The notes beneath the pieces are model-generated. The model searched no databases. It saw only the letters and a list, made by a program, of their open reading frames with translations, and was not told the DNA's origin. 64,000 nt of DNA from the IMG/VR virus record IMGVR_UViG_3300023174_000105; one strand, 5' to 3'. Numbering within the stretch: the first letter of the stretch is position 1; every line of letters begins with the position of its first letter. The position numbers and the translations under genes are program-made. Source of the stretch: an uncultured virus (IMG/VR IMGVR_UViG_3300023174_000105). Taxonomy: Duplodnaviria > Heunggongvirae > Uroviricota > Caudoviricetes. Of the stretch, positions 26,501-36,900 are shown piece after piece.

Positions 26501-28309
26501 TATGATGTAATTAATGGTACATGGACCCCAAATCTGCCTATCAACAATCCCGCTAGTTTGTTTAGGTATGTATTACAACATCCAGCTAATATGTACGCTG
26601 TACTTGATAGCGAAATTGATTTAGTAAAATTAGCAGATTGGCATAGTTTTTGCTCAATTAAAAAGTTTACGTATAATAATGTTATTACTAGCACACAAAG
26701 CATAATGGATACACTACGCGAAATTTGTGCAGCTGGTTTAGCTAGTCCTACACTTATAAATGGTAAATGGTCTGTGGTTGTTGATAAGCCACGCGACTAT
26801 GTAACGCAACATTTTACACCACATAATAGCTGGGGTTTTGAATCTACTAAAGCGCTACCAAAAATTCCAGATGCTTTTAGGGTAACTATTAATAATGAAA
26901 GCAAAGCATTTCAACCCGACGAATTTTTTGTTTTTAGAGACGGTGTTACGGCTAACAGTGCCAAAATTTACGAACAACTTAGTCTACCGGGCGTAACTAA
27001 TAAAACTCAAGCTACTTTTTTAGCTAAATGGCATTTTGCTCAGCTAAAGCTGCGTCCAGAAATTTATAAGCTAAATGTTGATTTTGAATACCTAGTATGT
27101 ACTCGTGGCGATTTAGTTAGAGTATCACACGATATTCCACAGTGGGGTACTGCAAGTGGCAGGATTACTGGCATTACCTATGGTACAAATACCACTATTA
27201 CACTAAGTGAGGATGTTTATTTAGACAGTACCAAAAACTACTGTATTAGGTTTAGAACTATTAGTAAAACATTTTATAGTCTAGGTATTAAAAACTTAAA
27301 AGCCAATAGTTATACTACTGGATATACTAACACTGTAACAATTGGTGAAAATTTAAGTGGTGCAGGATTATTAGTAGATAACTTATTTATGCTTGGTGAA
27401 TTAGTGGGTACTAGTGCAAAAGATTCGCAAGAATTAGTTGTCCTATCTATTGAACCTACTAGCAATACTAGTGCAGTATTAACCCTAACAGACTATTCAT
27501 CACAAATATATGCCGAAGGATTTACAAATTTAGTATATGATCCAGGAATTACTGGCAGCAATAATGATGTAATTGTAAATTCAATTACAGACGCACCATT
27601 TATTCAAGATGCTACTAGTGACAGTGCTTTTGCTGAATTAATTTCTCCGGGTATTTATACTAATATCTTAACTCTTTCTATAGCTCATCCTAATACCTTA
27701 ACTCAAACTGCTCAAAAAGTAGAAGTACAGTATGTAGAAGCTACAGCAAGTTTAGATAATGATAGTTTAGGTGCAAATATAATTGTAGATAAAACTGCAA
27801 GTGCTGGCATTGAAATTCGTGGATTAGTATCAGGCAAAGGTTATAAGTTTAGGGCCAGGTATTTAAATAATACAGGCACAATTCGTGGTCCTTGGTCAAC
27901 GCCACCCTTTAATGCTGTGGTTGTAGGTAAGCGCACTAATAGTTTAGTTCCTCCGGCCATAACAGTGGATTTAGATGGATATTGGCTAGTAATTACTCCT
28001 AGTGATAGTACTGTGGCAAAAGACGATATATTTAGTACTTTTGAGTACAGAGCATATAAGAGTTCTGGAACTACTACAGATGATTTCTGGGATCTAGGAA
28101 CTACTTTGAGTACTATTAAATTTGTACAAAGTCGTGGTGCAAGCAGAATAGACTTACGAATTTTTGATCAACCAAGAATTTCTGAAGCTGGCGTACAGTA
28201 TAGAATAGCTTGCAGAGTTTTAGATACTAACAACAACTATAGTAGCACTAGTACTCTTACTAGTTTTACCCTAAAAACAATTGTGGAAGAGGATCCAGAG
28301 GATACTTAA
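23543..28309 (+). CDS. Fused NlpC/P60 + gpI-like + gpJ-like tail-tip/central fibre protein (1588 aa)
   Basis: YIGLPY...GR...GIDCWGL...HVGIY...FLH (NlpC/P60); VPVVLG, NNPA, GDLVRVSHD and FN3-like segments typical of tip attachment protein J. Confidence 0.85.
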   Translation: MWYNKYIGLPYKDNGRTTAGIDCWGLACLVYREHFDIELPTLDDCYHGAQDLAVRELVNSTKESWILTTEPKAGDICVFNILGEPTHVGIYIGDRKFLHARAGQDSVIESLDSVGWSRRLEGVYEYNHGTIQLTGAPHPLQLQNVVTDWAVAGTSIGQLTKYIQEKYRVSARLLERIVVVVDGVPIAQENWQTTKLLPGQTVAYRVIAAGGGGGNNPLKTLLTLAVIIAVAIYAPQIGTALAGTGASAGTIAAYTAATSIALNMAGMALINAIAPIKTPKPEPAGTSLNLFNGSSNQINRFGAVPVVLGRVRMTGVHGATPYIQGLRDTSVISMALIWGFGPLQVSDIQIGLVPIEQFYGVNATNATDEVVPVTLAGYSYENTLPFDQIYGQDVTQQIVNTDLTNDYYLGGSSTNPVESTTNPKYPNPENESQLITGGAWKEVALTEPCTRIELTFTFPQGLRSLKAPNEVATATAMVEIQYKTDGESWGGDPIFTNNQTISVTSSGTTTSNWSTVLSHPKANVVDSRTYDNDVITGSISYNQTYQWHIITLQSGGGINVFSGTPTESPFSVPSTSIIDSYSSTQYNSLALSTEGLSAKYNNIPDIPSGHIQLYRICLRSAVGTGQSIFFTQVDLRSSYGTVTGLALTKTENTTDGTLTIQISPGSVINTAQTPAASLVVQEKFSTKDFVTNTLHFPISPTGESNWSDFLTEYGRWATYRLAGFLGIGGKYKIATLGNTNWQAFGAPANAAVGTIFTATADANYGNSNIGNSPGTVYYDGLSMSQVWVVSTSDAGFYTVYVSSNTSGQIQLDSTTILSFKDDSYNTEFSNTVYVEAGTHQVQIYAYNQDFKVLNPAVALRFSITKDGLNSPNVSANTIQSWGAEGTPYQYWKDAFNATYSINDLPPALYTVRVRRRNFSYGGQVPGDEVWSRYDKSTLYTVTGYSNNKPITNPPGCYLAKTAIRLQSTNKVNGTVDGINALVQTLGYDVINGTWTPNLPINNPASLFRYVLQHPANMYAVLDSEIDLVKLADWHSFCSIKKFTYNNVITSTQSIMDTLREICAAGLASPTLINGKWSVVVDKPRDYVTQHFTPHNSWGFESTKALPKIPDAFRVTINNESKAFQPDEFFVFRDGVTANSAKIYEQLSLPGVTNKTQATFLAKWHFAQLKLRPEIYKLNVDFEYLVCTRGDLVRVSHDIPQWGTASGRITGITYGTNTTITLSEDVYLDSTKNYCIRFRTISKTFYSLGIKNLKANSYTTGYTNTVTIGENLSGAGLLVDNLFMLGELVGTSAKDSQELVVLSIEPTSNTSAVLTLTDYSSQIYAEGFTNLVYDPGITGSNNDVIVNSITDAPFIQDATSDSAFAELISPGIYTNILTLSIAHPNTLTQTAQKVEVQYVEATASLDNDSLGANIIVDKTASAGIEIRGLVSGKGYKFRARYLNNTGTIRGPWSTPPFNAVVVGKRTNSLVPPAITVDLDGYWLVITPSDSTVAKDDIFSTFEYRAYKSSGTTTDDFWDLGTTLSTIKFVQSRGASRIDLRIFDQPRISEAGVQYRIACRVLDTNNNYSSTSTLTSFTLKTIVEEDPEDT

Positions 28310-28310
28310 T

Positions 28311-31300
28311 ATGTCAAATACTTTAGCTGATTTAAGTGCTGGAACTAAGTCCTTAATATTAACATTAAAAACACCTACTGATTGGAATAATACTAAGCCC
28401 AGAAATGATCTTAGTACTATTAGAGTCTGGCTATCTACTACGCAAGGGTTCACTCCTAGTGATTCTACACTAGCATTTAGCGGCCCTTTTAGTTCATCTA
28501 TTACTTTAACAAGCCTACTTGCAAATACTACGTACTATGTTAGATATGCTTTTATATCTGCTATTGACCCAACAGTATATACCTACTCAAAACAGTATAG
28601 TCAAACTACACTAAGTGATGCAGTAGGTATTATAGGTGTTTTAAGTAATGAAAGTGCTACAATACCTGCTGATAGTACGGGATATGTTCTTAGCTATGCT
28701 AATGCTAGCACTACGATGTATGTATATAAAAATGGAATAGATGACACTAGTAACTGGACATTTACTAATACTAAAAGTAATGTTACTTGCGGAGAAGCTA
28801 CTACTAGCAATACTCAAACAATAGCTAGTATTATCGCAGATAGTGGTTATGTCGATATTACTGCTAGTCGTAGTGGATATTCTAATATTACTAAGCGATT
28901 TGATATTACTAAAGCAAAGGGCGGACTTAATGCTACTGCATACTGGTTAACAGTTAGTGTTGCAGCTATACAAAAAAATATTATTGGAGTATTTAATCCT
29001 ACCACTATAACTGCTTATGGATATAGTGCTACAGGAATTAGTGCTCCTGCATTATATAGTGGTAGATTTAAAATCTATGAAAATAACAACATCACTGCTA
29101 TCTATACAAGTAGTGTTAATCAAAATACAGTAACTTATACCCCTAGCAGTTCTAGTGTTACTAGTATTAAGATTGAATTTTATTTAGCAGATGGCACAAC
29201 GGCTAAATTAGATGAACAAACAATTCCTGTAGTAAGTGATGGTAACACTGGTGCTAACGCAATTAGTGGAAGTCTTACTAACCCTGCTTATACTGTTGCT
29301 TCAGACTATCAAGGAACTGTAGTTAGTTATAGTATTGCTGGTGGAACTTTTAAAGTTTATAACGGTACTGAAGATATAACTACTGGAAATGGTGTAACCT
29401 ATACTAAATTTCAAGTTAGTTCAGGATTAGATATTGCTATAGATTCTAGTACTGGCGTATATACAATTAATAGTTTAAGTGTAGATACAGGATATGCAAC
29501 TCTACGAGCCACATATGGTACATTTATTATAGATAAAATCTATAGTATTGCTAAAAGTAAAACAGGTCAACAAGGTAATAGTATTACTGGTGCCGCAGGC
29601 TCCGCTAGTTTTTTAATTACTCGTACTGATAATATTTCTAGTGCACCTACTACTGGAAATACTAGTTCTGAAATATACGCAGCTATACAAAGAATTAATC
29701 CAGTACAAGGTGATCTTGCTACTATTAGTTATAATAATAGACAAAATACCATTGCATATAAATACAATGGTACTATTTGGGAAACTCAAGCAGCTTGGAT
29801 TACTGGCGACTTAATTGTAAGTGGTGGAATTACTGCAGATAAAATTAAAGCAGGTACTATTACTTCTACCGACAGTAATTTTAGTGTTATTGTTGGTAAA
29901 GCAAATAGTTCATATGTTGCTGAATCAGGATATGTTACTACCGGAATATTAATTAATAGAAATAATACCGCTAGTAATAATATATCGGTTCCTAATACTA
30001 CTCTTGAAGCAAATTATTGGTATGAAGTAGTTGCTTGGGGTTCTGGTATTAATTGGCAGTCTTTAGGTTGTCCTGATCTTTCATATCAAGGACAAGATAC
30101 AATTGGTACTTATTTTAAAGCATCAGGTGGAACTTCTAGTGGTACAGGCGGTATAGTTAGAAAAATTCCTGGAGGTGCTTTAGCTATTTCTGATATTACT
30201 AGATTTGGTGGCGGATATGGATTTCTTAGTAAATTTTTTCCATCATTGGATATATATTCTAAATATGGTACTACTGCACGATTTTATAGTGATGCTGCTG
30301 TAAATAGTATTTCAGACACAAGTGTTGTTAATATTACTGGTTCAGCAAGCGTAGGACTAGATATAACATCTTTAAGTAATAGATTTGCAACTACAGCACT
30401 AAATATATCAAATCCAGGATATTCAACTGCAATTTTTACTGGTGGCGGTAATAATGCCGTAGTAACAATTAATAGTACATCAAATGCTTATGGTACAGCT
30501 TATGGTACAGGAAATGGTTATGGTATAGGAAATGGTATTAAAGTCAATGCTGGTAGTAGTATATATGCATCGATAGATATTGCTAATCCTAGCGGATCTA
30601 GTGGTATTGCTATTAATGCAGTAGGAAGTATAGAAACTAACAGTAAATTTATATCTACTGCAAATATTGCTTCTACAAGTACAACTTCAGGCTCATTACT
30701 TGTTATAGGGGGTGCAGGTATTAGTGGTGCTGTATATGCAGGTAGTTTATATGATAGTGGAAATAGAGTTTTAACTACAGCTAATGCATATTCTTTGCCA
30801 ACAGCCAGTACTTCAACATTAGGTGGAGTCAAAGTAGATGGAAGTACAATTACTATTAATGGCAGTGGAGTTATTAGTTCTTCCGCAACTTCTTCTTCGT
30901 TTAATGGTGGCAGTATATCAGGAACATTAACATTAACAAATACCACAGCTAGTAGTTCTACAATTACAGGAGCATTAATAGTTGCTGGTGGAATGGGTAT
31001 TACTGGTAAAATATACGCCGCTGACAATATTACCAGTTATGCAAATATTACAGCAAATGTATTTTATGCTGATAATAATTATTATTGGCAAGTTATAAGT
31101 GGAAACCCTTATTTAGTATTTGATAGCTCAGACTATATTTCGTATGATAGATCTAATAATCAATTAAATACCATTATTGCAGGTAGTGGTATTTTAGCTT
31201 TAAATACTACGGCTGTTCAAGCATATAAGCCTTTACGTATTTATGGAACAAGTTCTGGTTATGTAGGTTTTAATGTGCAGGCCAGTGCTGGCAGTACTAC

Positions 31301-32426
31301 CTATACATGGCCTGCCTCTCCAACTAGTAATTACTTTTTACAAACTGATGGATCTGGAAATTTAAGCTGGGCCGCTGCTAGCGGTGGTGGTGGTACTACA
31401 TATTCAGAAGCTACTCCAACTACATTAGGTTTAGTATACGGAAGAGTCGGAACATCGGTATCTCAACGTAATAATTCAAGTACTGCACTTGGTTATCAAG
31501 CACTTGCCTATGTACCTCCTATTCCACAATTTGGAAGTTATAATTGTACAGCAATTGGTATACAAGCATTATATAGCAATACAAACGGTATTAATAATGT
31601 TGCAGTAGGAGCAGTAGCTTTATATAATAATACTGGTGGTTTAAGTAATGTTGCAGTAGGATCTACTGCTGGCATTAATCAAACATATGCTATTTATAAC
31701 ACTTATATAGGTACTGGTGCTGGGTATCAAGTTACAACTGGTAATTATAATACTTTTATAGGTGGTGGTGCTGGATATGGAGTAACTACGCAAGATAGTA
31801 ATACTGCATTAGGAAATGACTCCGGATATAATATAGCATATACTAATTATACTTGTTTAGGTGCAAATAGTTTAGTTACAGGCAATAATCAACTTCAACT
31901 TGGAGATTCTTCTACAACTTCATATGCCTACGGATCTATTCAAAATCGTTCGGACATTCGCGATAAAGCAGATATTCGGGACACACAACTTGGTCTTGAA
32001 TTTATTAATGCTTTACGTCCTGTAGATTATAAATGGGATTTGCGAGAAGACTATAAACCAACAAAATTAAATATACCTTTACCTATACCTCCAATTGACC
32101 CTACACCAGAGCAAACAGCAGAATATAATACTGCTTTAGAAACTTATAACTCTGCTATGACCGCTTGGCGTGAATCAGCTAAAATGTCTAATTTAGTGCA
32201 TGACGGCAGTAAAAAGCGAAATCGTTATCATCATGGTTTGATTGCTCAGGAGGTTAAAGCTGTTCTTGATGCACAAGGTATTGATTTTGGTGGCTATCAA
32301 GATCATAAAATCAAAGATGGTGAAGATGTACTATCTATTGGCTATGAAGAATTGATTGCTCCACTTATTAAAGCTGTTCAACAATTAACTGCTCGTGTTC
32401 AAGAACTCGAAGCTAAAAATATTTAA
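28311..32426 (+). CDS. Long tail fibre with C-terminal intramolecular chaperone (peptidase S74)
   Basis: Ser/Thr/Gly-rich beta repeats, N(T/V)A(I/V)G..A repeats, then SDIRDK..I...GLEFIN.LRPV.Y.W...GLIAQEV...YEELIAPLIKAVQQL. Start likely ATG 28311. Confidence 0.88.
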   Translation: MSNTLADLSAGTKSLILTLKTPTDWNNTKPRNDLSTIRVWLSTTQGFTPSDSTLAFSGPFSSSITLTSLLANTTYYVRYAFISAIDPTVYTYSKQYSQTTLSDAVGIIGVLSNESATIPADSTGYVLSYANASTTMYVYKNGIDDTSNWTFTNTKSNVTCGEATTSNTQTIASIIADSGYVDITASRSGYSNITKRFDITKAKGGLNATAYWLTVSVAAIQKNIIGVFNPTTITAYGYSATGISAPALYSGRFKIYENNNITAIYTSSVNQNTVTYTPSSSSVTSIKIEFYLADGTTAKLDEQTIPVVSDGNTGANAISGSLTNPAYTVASDYQGTVVSYSIAGGTFKVYNGTEDITTGNGVTYTKFQVSSGLDIAIDSSTGVYTINSLSVDTGYATLRATYGTFIIDKIYSIAKSKTGQQGNSITGAAGSASFLITRTDNISSAPTTGNTSSEIYAAIQRINPVQGDLATISYNNRQNTIAYKYNGTIWETQAAWITGDLIVSGGITADKIKAGTITSTDSNFSVIVGKANSSYVAESGYVTTGILINRNNTASNNISVPNTTLEANYWYEVVAWGSGINWQSLGCPDLSYQGQDTIGTYFKASGGTSSGTGGIVRKIPGGALAISDITRFGGGYGFLSKFFPSLDIYSKYGTTARFYSDAAVNSISDTSVVNITGSASVGLDITSLSNRFATTALNISNPGYSTAIFTGGGNNAVVTINSTSNAYGTAYGTGNGYGIGNGIKVNAGSSIYASIDIANPSGSSGIAINAVGSIETNSKFISTANIASTSTTSGSLLVIGGAGISGAVYAGSLYDSGNRVLTTANAYSLPTASTSTLGGVKVDGSTITINGSGVISSSATSSSFNGGSISGTLTLTNTTASSSTITGALIVAGGMGITGKIYAADNITSYANITANVFYADNNYYWQVISGNPYLVFDSSDYISYDRSNNQLNTIIAGSGILALNTTAVQAYKPLRIYGTSSGYVGFNVQASAGSTTYTWPASPTSNYFLQTDGSGNLSWAAASGGGGTTYSEATPTTLGLVYGRVGTSVSQRNNSSTALGYQALAYVPPIPQFGSYNCTAIGIQALYSNTNGINNVAVGAVALYNNTGGLSNVAVGSTAGINQTYAIYNTYIGTGAGYQVTTGNYNTFIGGGAGYGVTTQDSNTALGNDSGYNIAYTNYTCLGANSLVTGNNQLQLGDSSTTSYAYGSIQNRSDIRDKADIRDTQLGLEFINALRPVDYKWDLREDYKPTKLNIPLPIPPIDPTPEQTAEYNTALETYNSAMTAWRESAKMSNLVHDGSKKRNRYHHGLIAQEVKAVLDAQGIDFGGYQDHKIKDGEDVLSIGYEELIAPLIKAVQQLTARVQELEAKNI

Positions 32427-32438
32427 TAGGAATTTTAA

Positions 32439-32801
32439 ATGCCTAACTATAATCAAACAACAGGATCTGCAACTTCATGGACTAGATCCAATCGAGTAAT
32501 GATCCTAAATCCGCTTGAAGCAGATATACCAAAGCAAATTTTATTTTTTGAAGAAAAAGTAGTACAAGTAGATAGCAATACGTTTAAGTCTGATAGTGGA
32601 TACGTTACCACAAATTTTTTATCTGATCAAGTTATTGAATTGCGAAATCCTCAAACAGGTGAAAAAACTGGCGAAACTATTCAGCAAAGCAAAGTTTATC
32701 AAGCAATTTACTCACTGTACTTAAGCACAGCTGAGGCTAGAGATGCACAGGAACAGGCTTTAGCAGAACAAAGCCCTAGACCACAACCACCTTCGCCATA
32801 A
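32439..32801 (+). CDS. Hypothetical protein, possibly fibre-associated
   Basis: AGGA SD; last gene before the terminator. Confidence 0.7.
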   Translation: MPNYNQTTGSATSWTRSNRVMILNPLEADIPKQILFFEEKVVQVDSNTFKSDSGYVTTNFLSDQVIELRNPQTGEKTGETIQQSKVYQAIYSLYLSTAEARDAQEQALAEQSPRPQPPSP

Positions 32802-32820
32802 TTACTGTATCTATATAAAC

Positions 32821-32858
32821 AAAAAATACCTACTCCTAAAGGGGTAGGTATTTTTTTA
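32821..32858 (+). terminator. Intrinsic terminator (possibly bidirectional)
   Basis: AAAAAATACCTACTCC-TAAA-GGGGTAGGTATTTTTT. Confidence 0.88.
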
Positions 32859-32860
32859 TA

Positions 32861-32889
32861 TTGACACAAATATGCTGGCGTGATATAAT
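32861..32889 (+). promoter_or_regulatory. Consensus sigma70 promoter of the accessory fibre/lysis operon
   Basis: TTGACA-N17-TATAAT with a TG extension. Confidence 0.9.
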
Positions 32890-32949
32890 ATAACAAAATT
32901 ATTATGCTAAACCTTTTTCCATAGTAATAAATTTTAAAGAGTAGACCCT

Positions 32950-33312
32950 ATGAATCCAGATGAAACATACTCGGTCGCACACATATTAGGCGGCGGCTTT
33001 GCTAGTTTATTAGTAGTAGGATTTTTACTTCAAAAATTCTTTACTGGTTTTAAGCGAGAAAGTACAGAAAATTCAATACTCACTATGATGCACCAAGAGC
33101 TAGAACGTATGAGCGAACAAAATACAAAGCTCAGTGTAGAACTTGGCAAGCTACAAGAAGAAGTTATTGAATTAAATCAACAAATCAGAAACTTAACTAC
33201 TGAAAATCAGCGATTGCATGCCGAGATTTCTGAACTAACCAAAGAGATCAGCAAGCTCAAAGATCTTAGTATTATTAGGCACAAGGAGACAACATGGCAC
33301 GATCAAGACTAA
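32950..33312 (+). CDS. Single-TM coiled-coil protein (holin-like candidate)
   Basis: N-terminal TM and long heptad repeat; function is inferred only. Confidence 0.6.
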   Translation: MNPDETYSVAHILGGGFASLLVVGFLLQKFFTGFKRESTENSILTMMHQELERMSEQNTKLSVELGKLQEEVIELNQQIRNLTTENQRLHAEISELTKEISKLKDLSIIRHKETTWHDQD

Positions 33313-33917
33313 CTGATCCTACCCTAGACCTAGTAACAGATGCTGGTGCTGTGCTCTGGTCAATGGTTAAAGGCGAGCAAATGGAGTTTCCAATTACCCT
33401 AAACTTTATTAGTGATGCAAGCGTTAAAAGCAGTGGTAATTATGTGTATGAAGCAGTAGTTGTAGAGGCTAAAAATGTGGCTGGACAGGAAGATAAACCT
33501 ACACTAGTACAACCCAGTGGGGTAACTACCAGGTTATTTGTTAGACTTCCTAGATATATTGGTGTATGGACTGCAACACAAGTTTATAACAAAGAAGAAG
33601 TTGTACTTTACAATGGGCTTTACTATAAATTACTAAGTGGTGTTGCCAGGGTAAGCGCAATTACCCCAGACTTAGATGCAAAGTGGGAAGTAACCACACT
33701 AAATAAAATTTACGTTCAATTTCCTAGTACTTTAGGTACTGGTTGGGCGGTACAGCCGTTAGCAGACAGTGCAACTTATGGATTTTTTGAGCTGCGTGTA
33801 ACTGAACCTACTGATGCAGTTTTTACGCGTACTTTTAAACCTGTACGTGGAATGGTAGAAATTTTATTTAGCCCTACTGATGATACCAGCGATCAACTAA
33901 ATCAAACCACCTATTAA
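33294..33917 (+). CDS. Putative virion protein with a small carbohydrate-binding-like insert
   Basis: W...VY....VVLYNG..Y.........P.....W resembles CBM5/12-type modules; AGGAG SD. Confidence 0.55.
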   Translation: MARSRLTDPTLDLVTDAGAVLWSMVKGEQMEFPITLNFISDASVKSSGNYVYEAVVVEAKNVAGQEDKPTLVQPSGVTTRLFVRLPRYIGVWTATQVYNKEEVVLYNGLYYKLLSGVARVSAITPDLDAKWEVTTLNKIYVQFPSTLGTGWAVQPLADSATYGFFELRVTEPTDAVFTRTFKPVRGMVEILFSPTDDTSDQLNQTTY

Positions 33918-33929
33918 TAGGGGTGCAGT

Positions 33930-36900
33930 ATGGCTATAGAATTAAATGTAGTAGTTACTACTCCTGAACTTGAAACAACTGTAGTTGTGCCTGATTTAAC
34001 TACAAGTGTAAAAATTCCTGGTGTAGCTCCTGACACAACAGGTTTAGTTGCAGGAATAACTACAAATAGTATAACTACAGCCACTACTATTACAGGTTTA
34101 TCTGCCGCAGTTAGTGAAAATGCTTTTACAGCACTAGTGCCAGGAACTGTGGGATCTGAATCTACGCCTGCACTATTTGTTCGCGGGCTAGAAGAACTTA
34201 ATCTTTCTAATCCTATTTATATTAAGGTTCAACGACCGCTTGTAGAAACTATTAGGATTATAGAAACATTTACTGCACTGCTAACCTATAACAGAAGTTT
34301 TACAGAACTTGTTAGTACCAGTCAAATATTTAGTATTCGTGCCGGTAAACCTCTTCAAGAAGTTGTAACAGCAAGTTTAATAGAATATAAGTTAGTACAA
34401 AAATTAGTACTTAATCCAGCCGCAACACAAGATATTCAATTTTTACAAGTTACTAAACGTGCAGTAGATCAAACAGTTAATACTAGTACAAATACTCTAG
34501 TAATTACTAAGCCACTTACAGAAGCATTAACTAATAGTGAATATAAACAGTTTAATATTACTAAATTGTTTCAAGACAGTGTAGATGCTACAGATGATTA
34601 TTTGGGTGCTGCTAATCTTGATGATGATCAGTATGCGTATTTTGGCAAAACCATAGTAGACTATTTAGCCACTAGTGATTTACAAATTTATGTGGTAGGT
34701 AATAGGCAACAAGATACTGTAATTACTGCAGATCAAAAATATGCTGCATTTACCAGAATAGTCACAGATACTACGCAAAATGCTGAAGATATCAGTGCGT
34801 ACTTTAGCAATGTAACTTTACAAACTGTTGGTGTACAAGAGACTGCTAGATTAACTACTAGTTTGATTAAATCTGACAAGTTTAATTTTTCAGATGAATT
34901 TAATATACTAGTAAACTATCGCAGAAGTTTTACAGATCAAGCACAAGCTAGTGATACTAGTATATTTAATATTAGTGTTGTAAAATCAGATGCAATAGCT
35001 AATAGTGATAATTTTAGTTTTGCAGCAATATTTAATAGAACTATTACTGATACTACTAGTTTTACAGAATCAAATGTATTTAATGTAAGCAAAGTATTAT
35101 TAGACATTAATAGAATAAGTGAAACTAGTAGTTTAAATACTGGAAAGTATGTTGCAGATTTAAGTAGCTTTGCAGATACTTTTACACGTCAAGTTAATTA
35201 TTTACGTAGTTTTGAAGATGCTGTAGATGCTACTGATGACTATTATGGTACTGCTACAGTTGGCGACGATGAATACGCACAGTTTAATAAAGTAGTTGCA
35301 GATAGCACAGCATTTACAGAAACTAATATATTTGCTACTAGCAAAATATTAGCAGATACCAATGCTATTAATGAACAAAAAAGTCTTAATGTAACAAAAC
35401 CTATTACTGATTTAAGTAATACTGCTGAAAGATTACAAGTTGTAATTAGCAAAATCCTTAATGATAGTTTTGCTAAAACAGATATTACATATTTAAATGC
35501 TAAAATAGTTAAATCTAACAGTTTTAGTAGTCGTGATAATTTAACTACACTTATACTTTGGGATAGAAATTTTAGTGATCAGTTAACTGGTGTAACAGAT
35601 ACTAAAACAGTTAACATTAGTTTAATTAAACGCGATATTGTTAATACTAGTGATGTACTTAATACCACGGTTTCATTTAATAGAAACTTTACAGATGTGG
35701 TAACAAATACTGAATATAAGTATTTTAATATTAATACATTAATATTAGATATTGGTAATATTGCAGAAGCCAAGGCAGCTAATTTTACCAGACCATTAAC
35801 AGATAGCATTACGGGCAGTGAGTTATTAACAAAACAAGTTAATTATCAAAGAACCTTACTAGATACAGTAGATGCAACTGATGATTATTATGGTGCAGCT
35901 ACAGTTGGTGATGATGAATACTTTAGTTTTAATAAAGGTTTAGTAGAAACTGTACTAACTACAGAGTCTACATACTTTAGTAACAGTAATCAATTAACTG
36001 ATACTGCTACAAATAGCAGCACAAGTTATTATACATTTACTAAACCTAATAGTGAACAAGTTGTTAATAGTGAACAAATACGCAAACAATCAAATATATT
36101 ACTACTAGATGTTAATATTACTAGTGAAACAAAATATTTTAATGCTAGCCTAGTAAAATTAGATACTGCAACTACTGGTGAAATTTTTAGCAGAACTGCT
36201 GACTACACAAGAAGTTTTAGTGATATTAGTATTATTGCAGATACTGCTAAATTAACTAATCAATTACGCAAACAGGACACAGTTACTATAAGTTCTGCAG
36301 ATGTATTTAGTAGTTTAGTTAACTACGTTAAAAATTACTTAGATACTAGTAATACTAGTGAAAACCTAAGTAAAGTAATTGGCAAGTTTTTAACAGACGT
36401 TGGCCAAACTGCAGAAACTAAGTATTTACAATTTCAAAAGTACCTTACCGATAGTGTTAGCAAAAACGATACTATTACTACTGCTACTAATTATTTACGT
36501 AGTTTTCAAGATATGGTAGACGCAACTGATGATTATTACGGAGCTGCTACAGTTGGTGATGATGAATATGCCCAATTTAATAAAGTAGTTGTAGATAGTA
36601 TAATAACTAGTGAAACTAGATATGTTTATGCAACCAAAATACTAAGCGATCAGTTCACCAGTGTAGATAGCAAAGCTGCCGCAGTTGCCAAAACTTTAGC
36701 GGACACCTTAAGTATTACCGCTGTTGATTATATTACTCGTGGCCCTAGCAAAGGTTTACAGGATACTACTACAATTAATGAAACCAAAATTTTTGGTATT
36801 GGTAAATACTTAGTAGACCTAACCTACACTAGTGAAAACAAATACTTTAATGTTGCTAAATATTTAGCAGATATTGCCAGTACTAGCGAACAACTTACTA

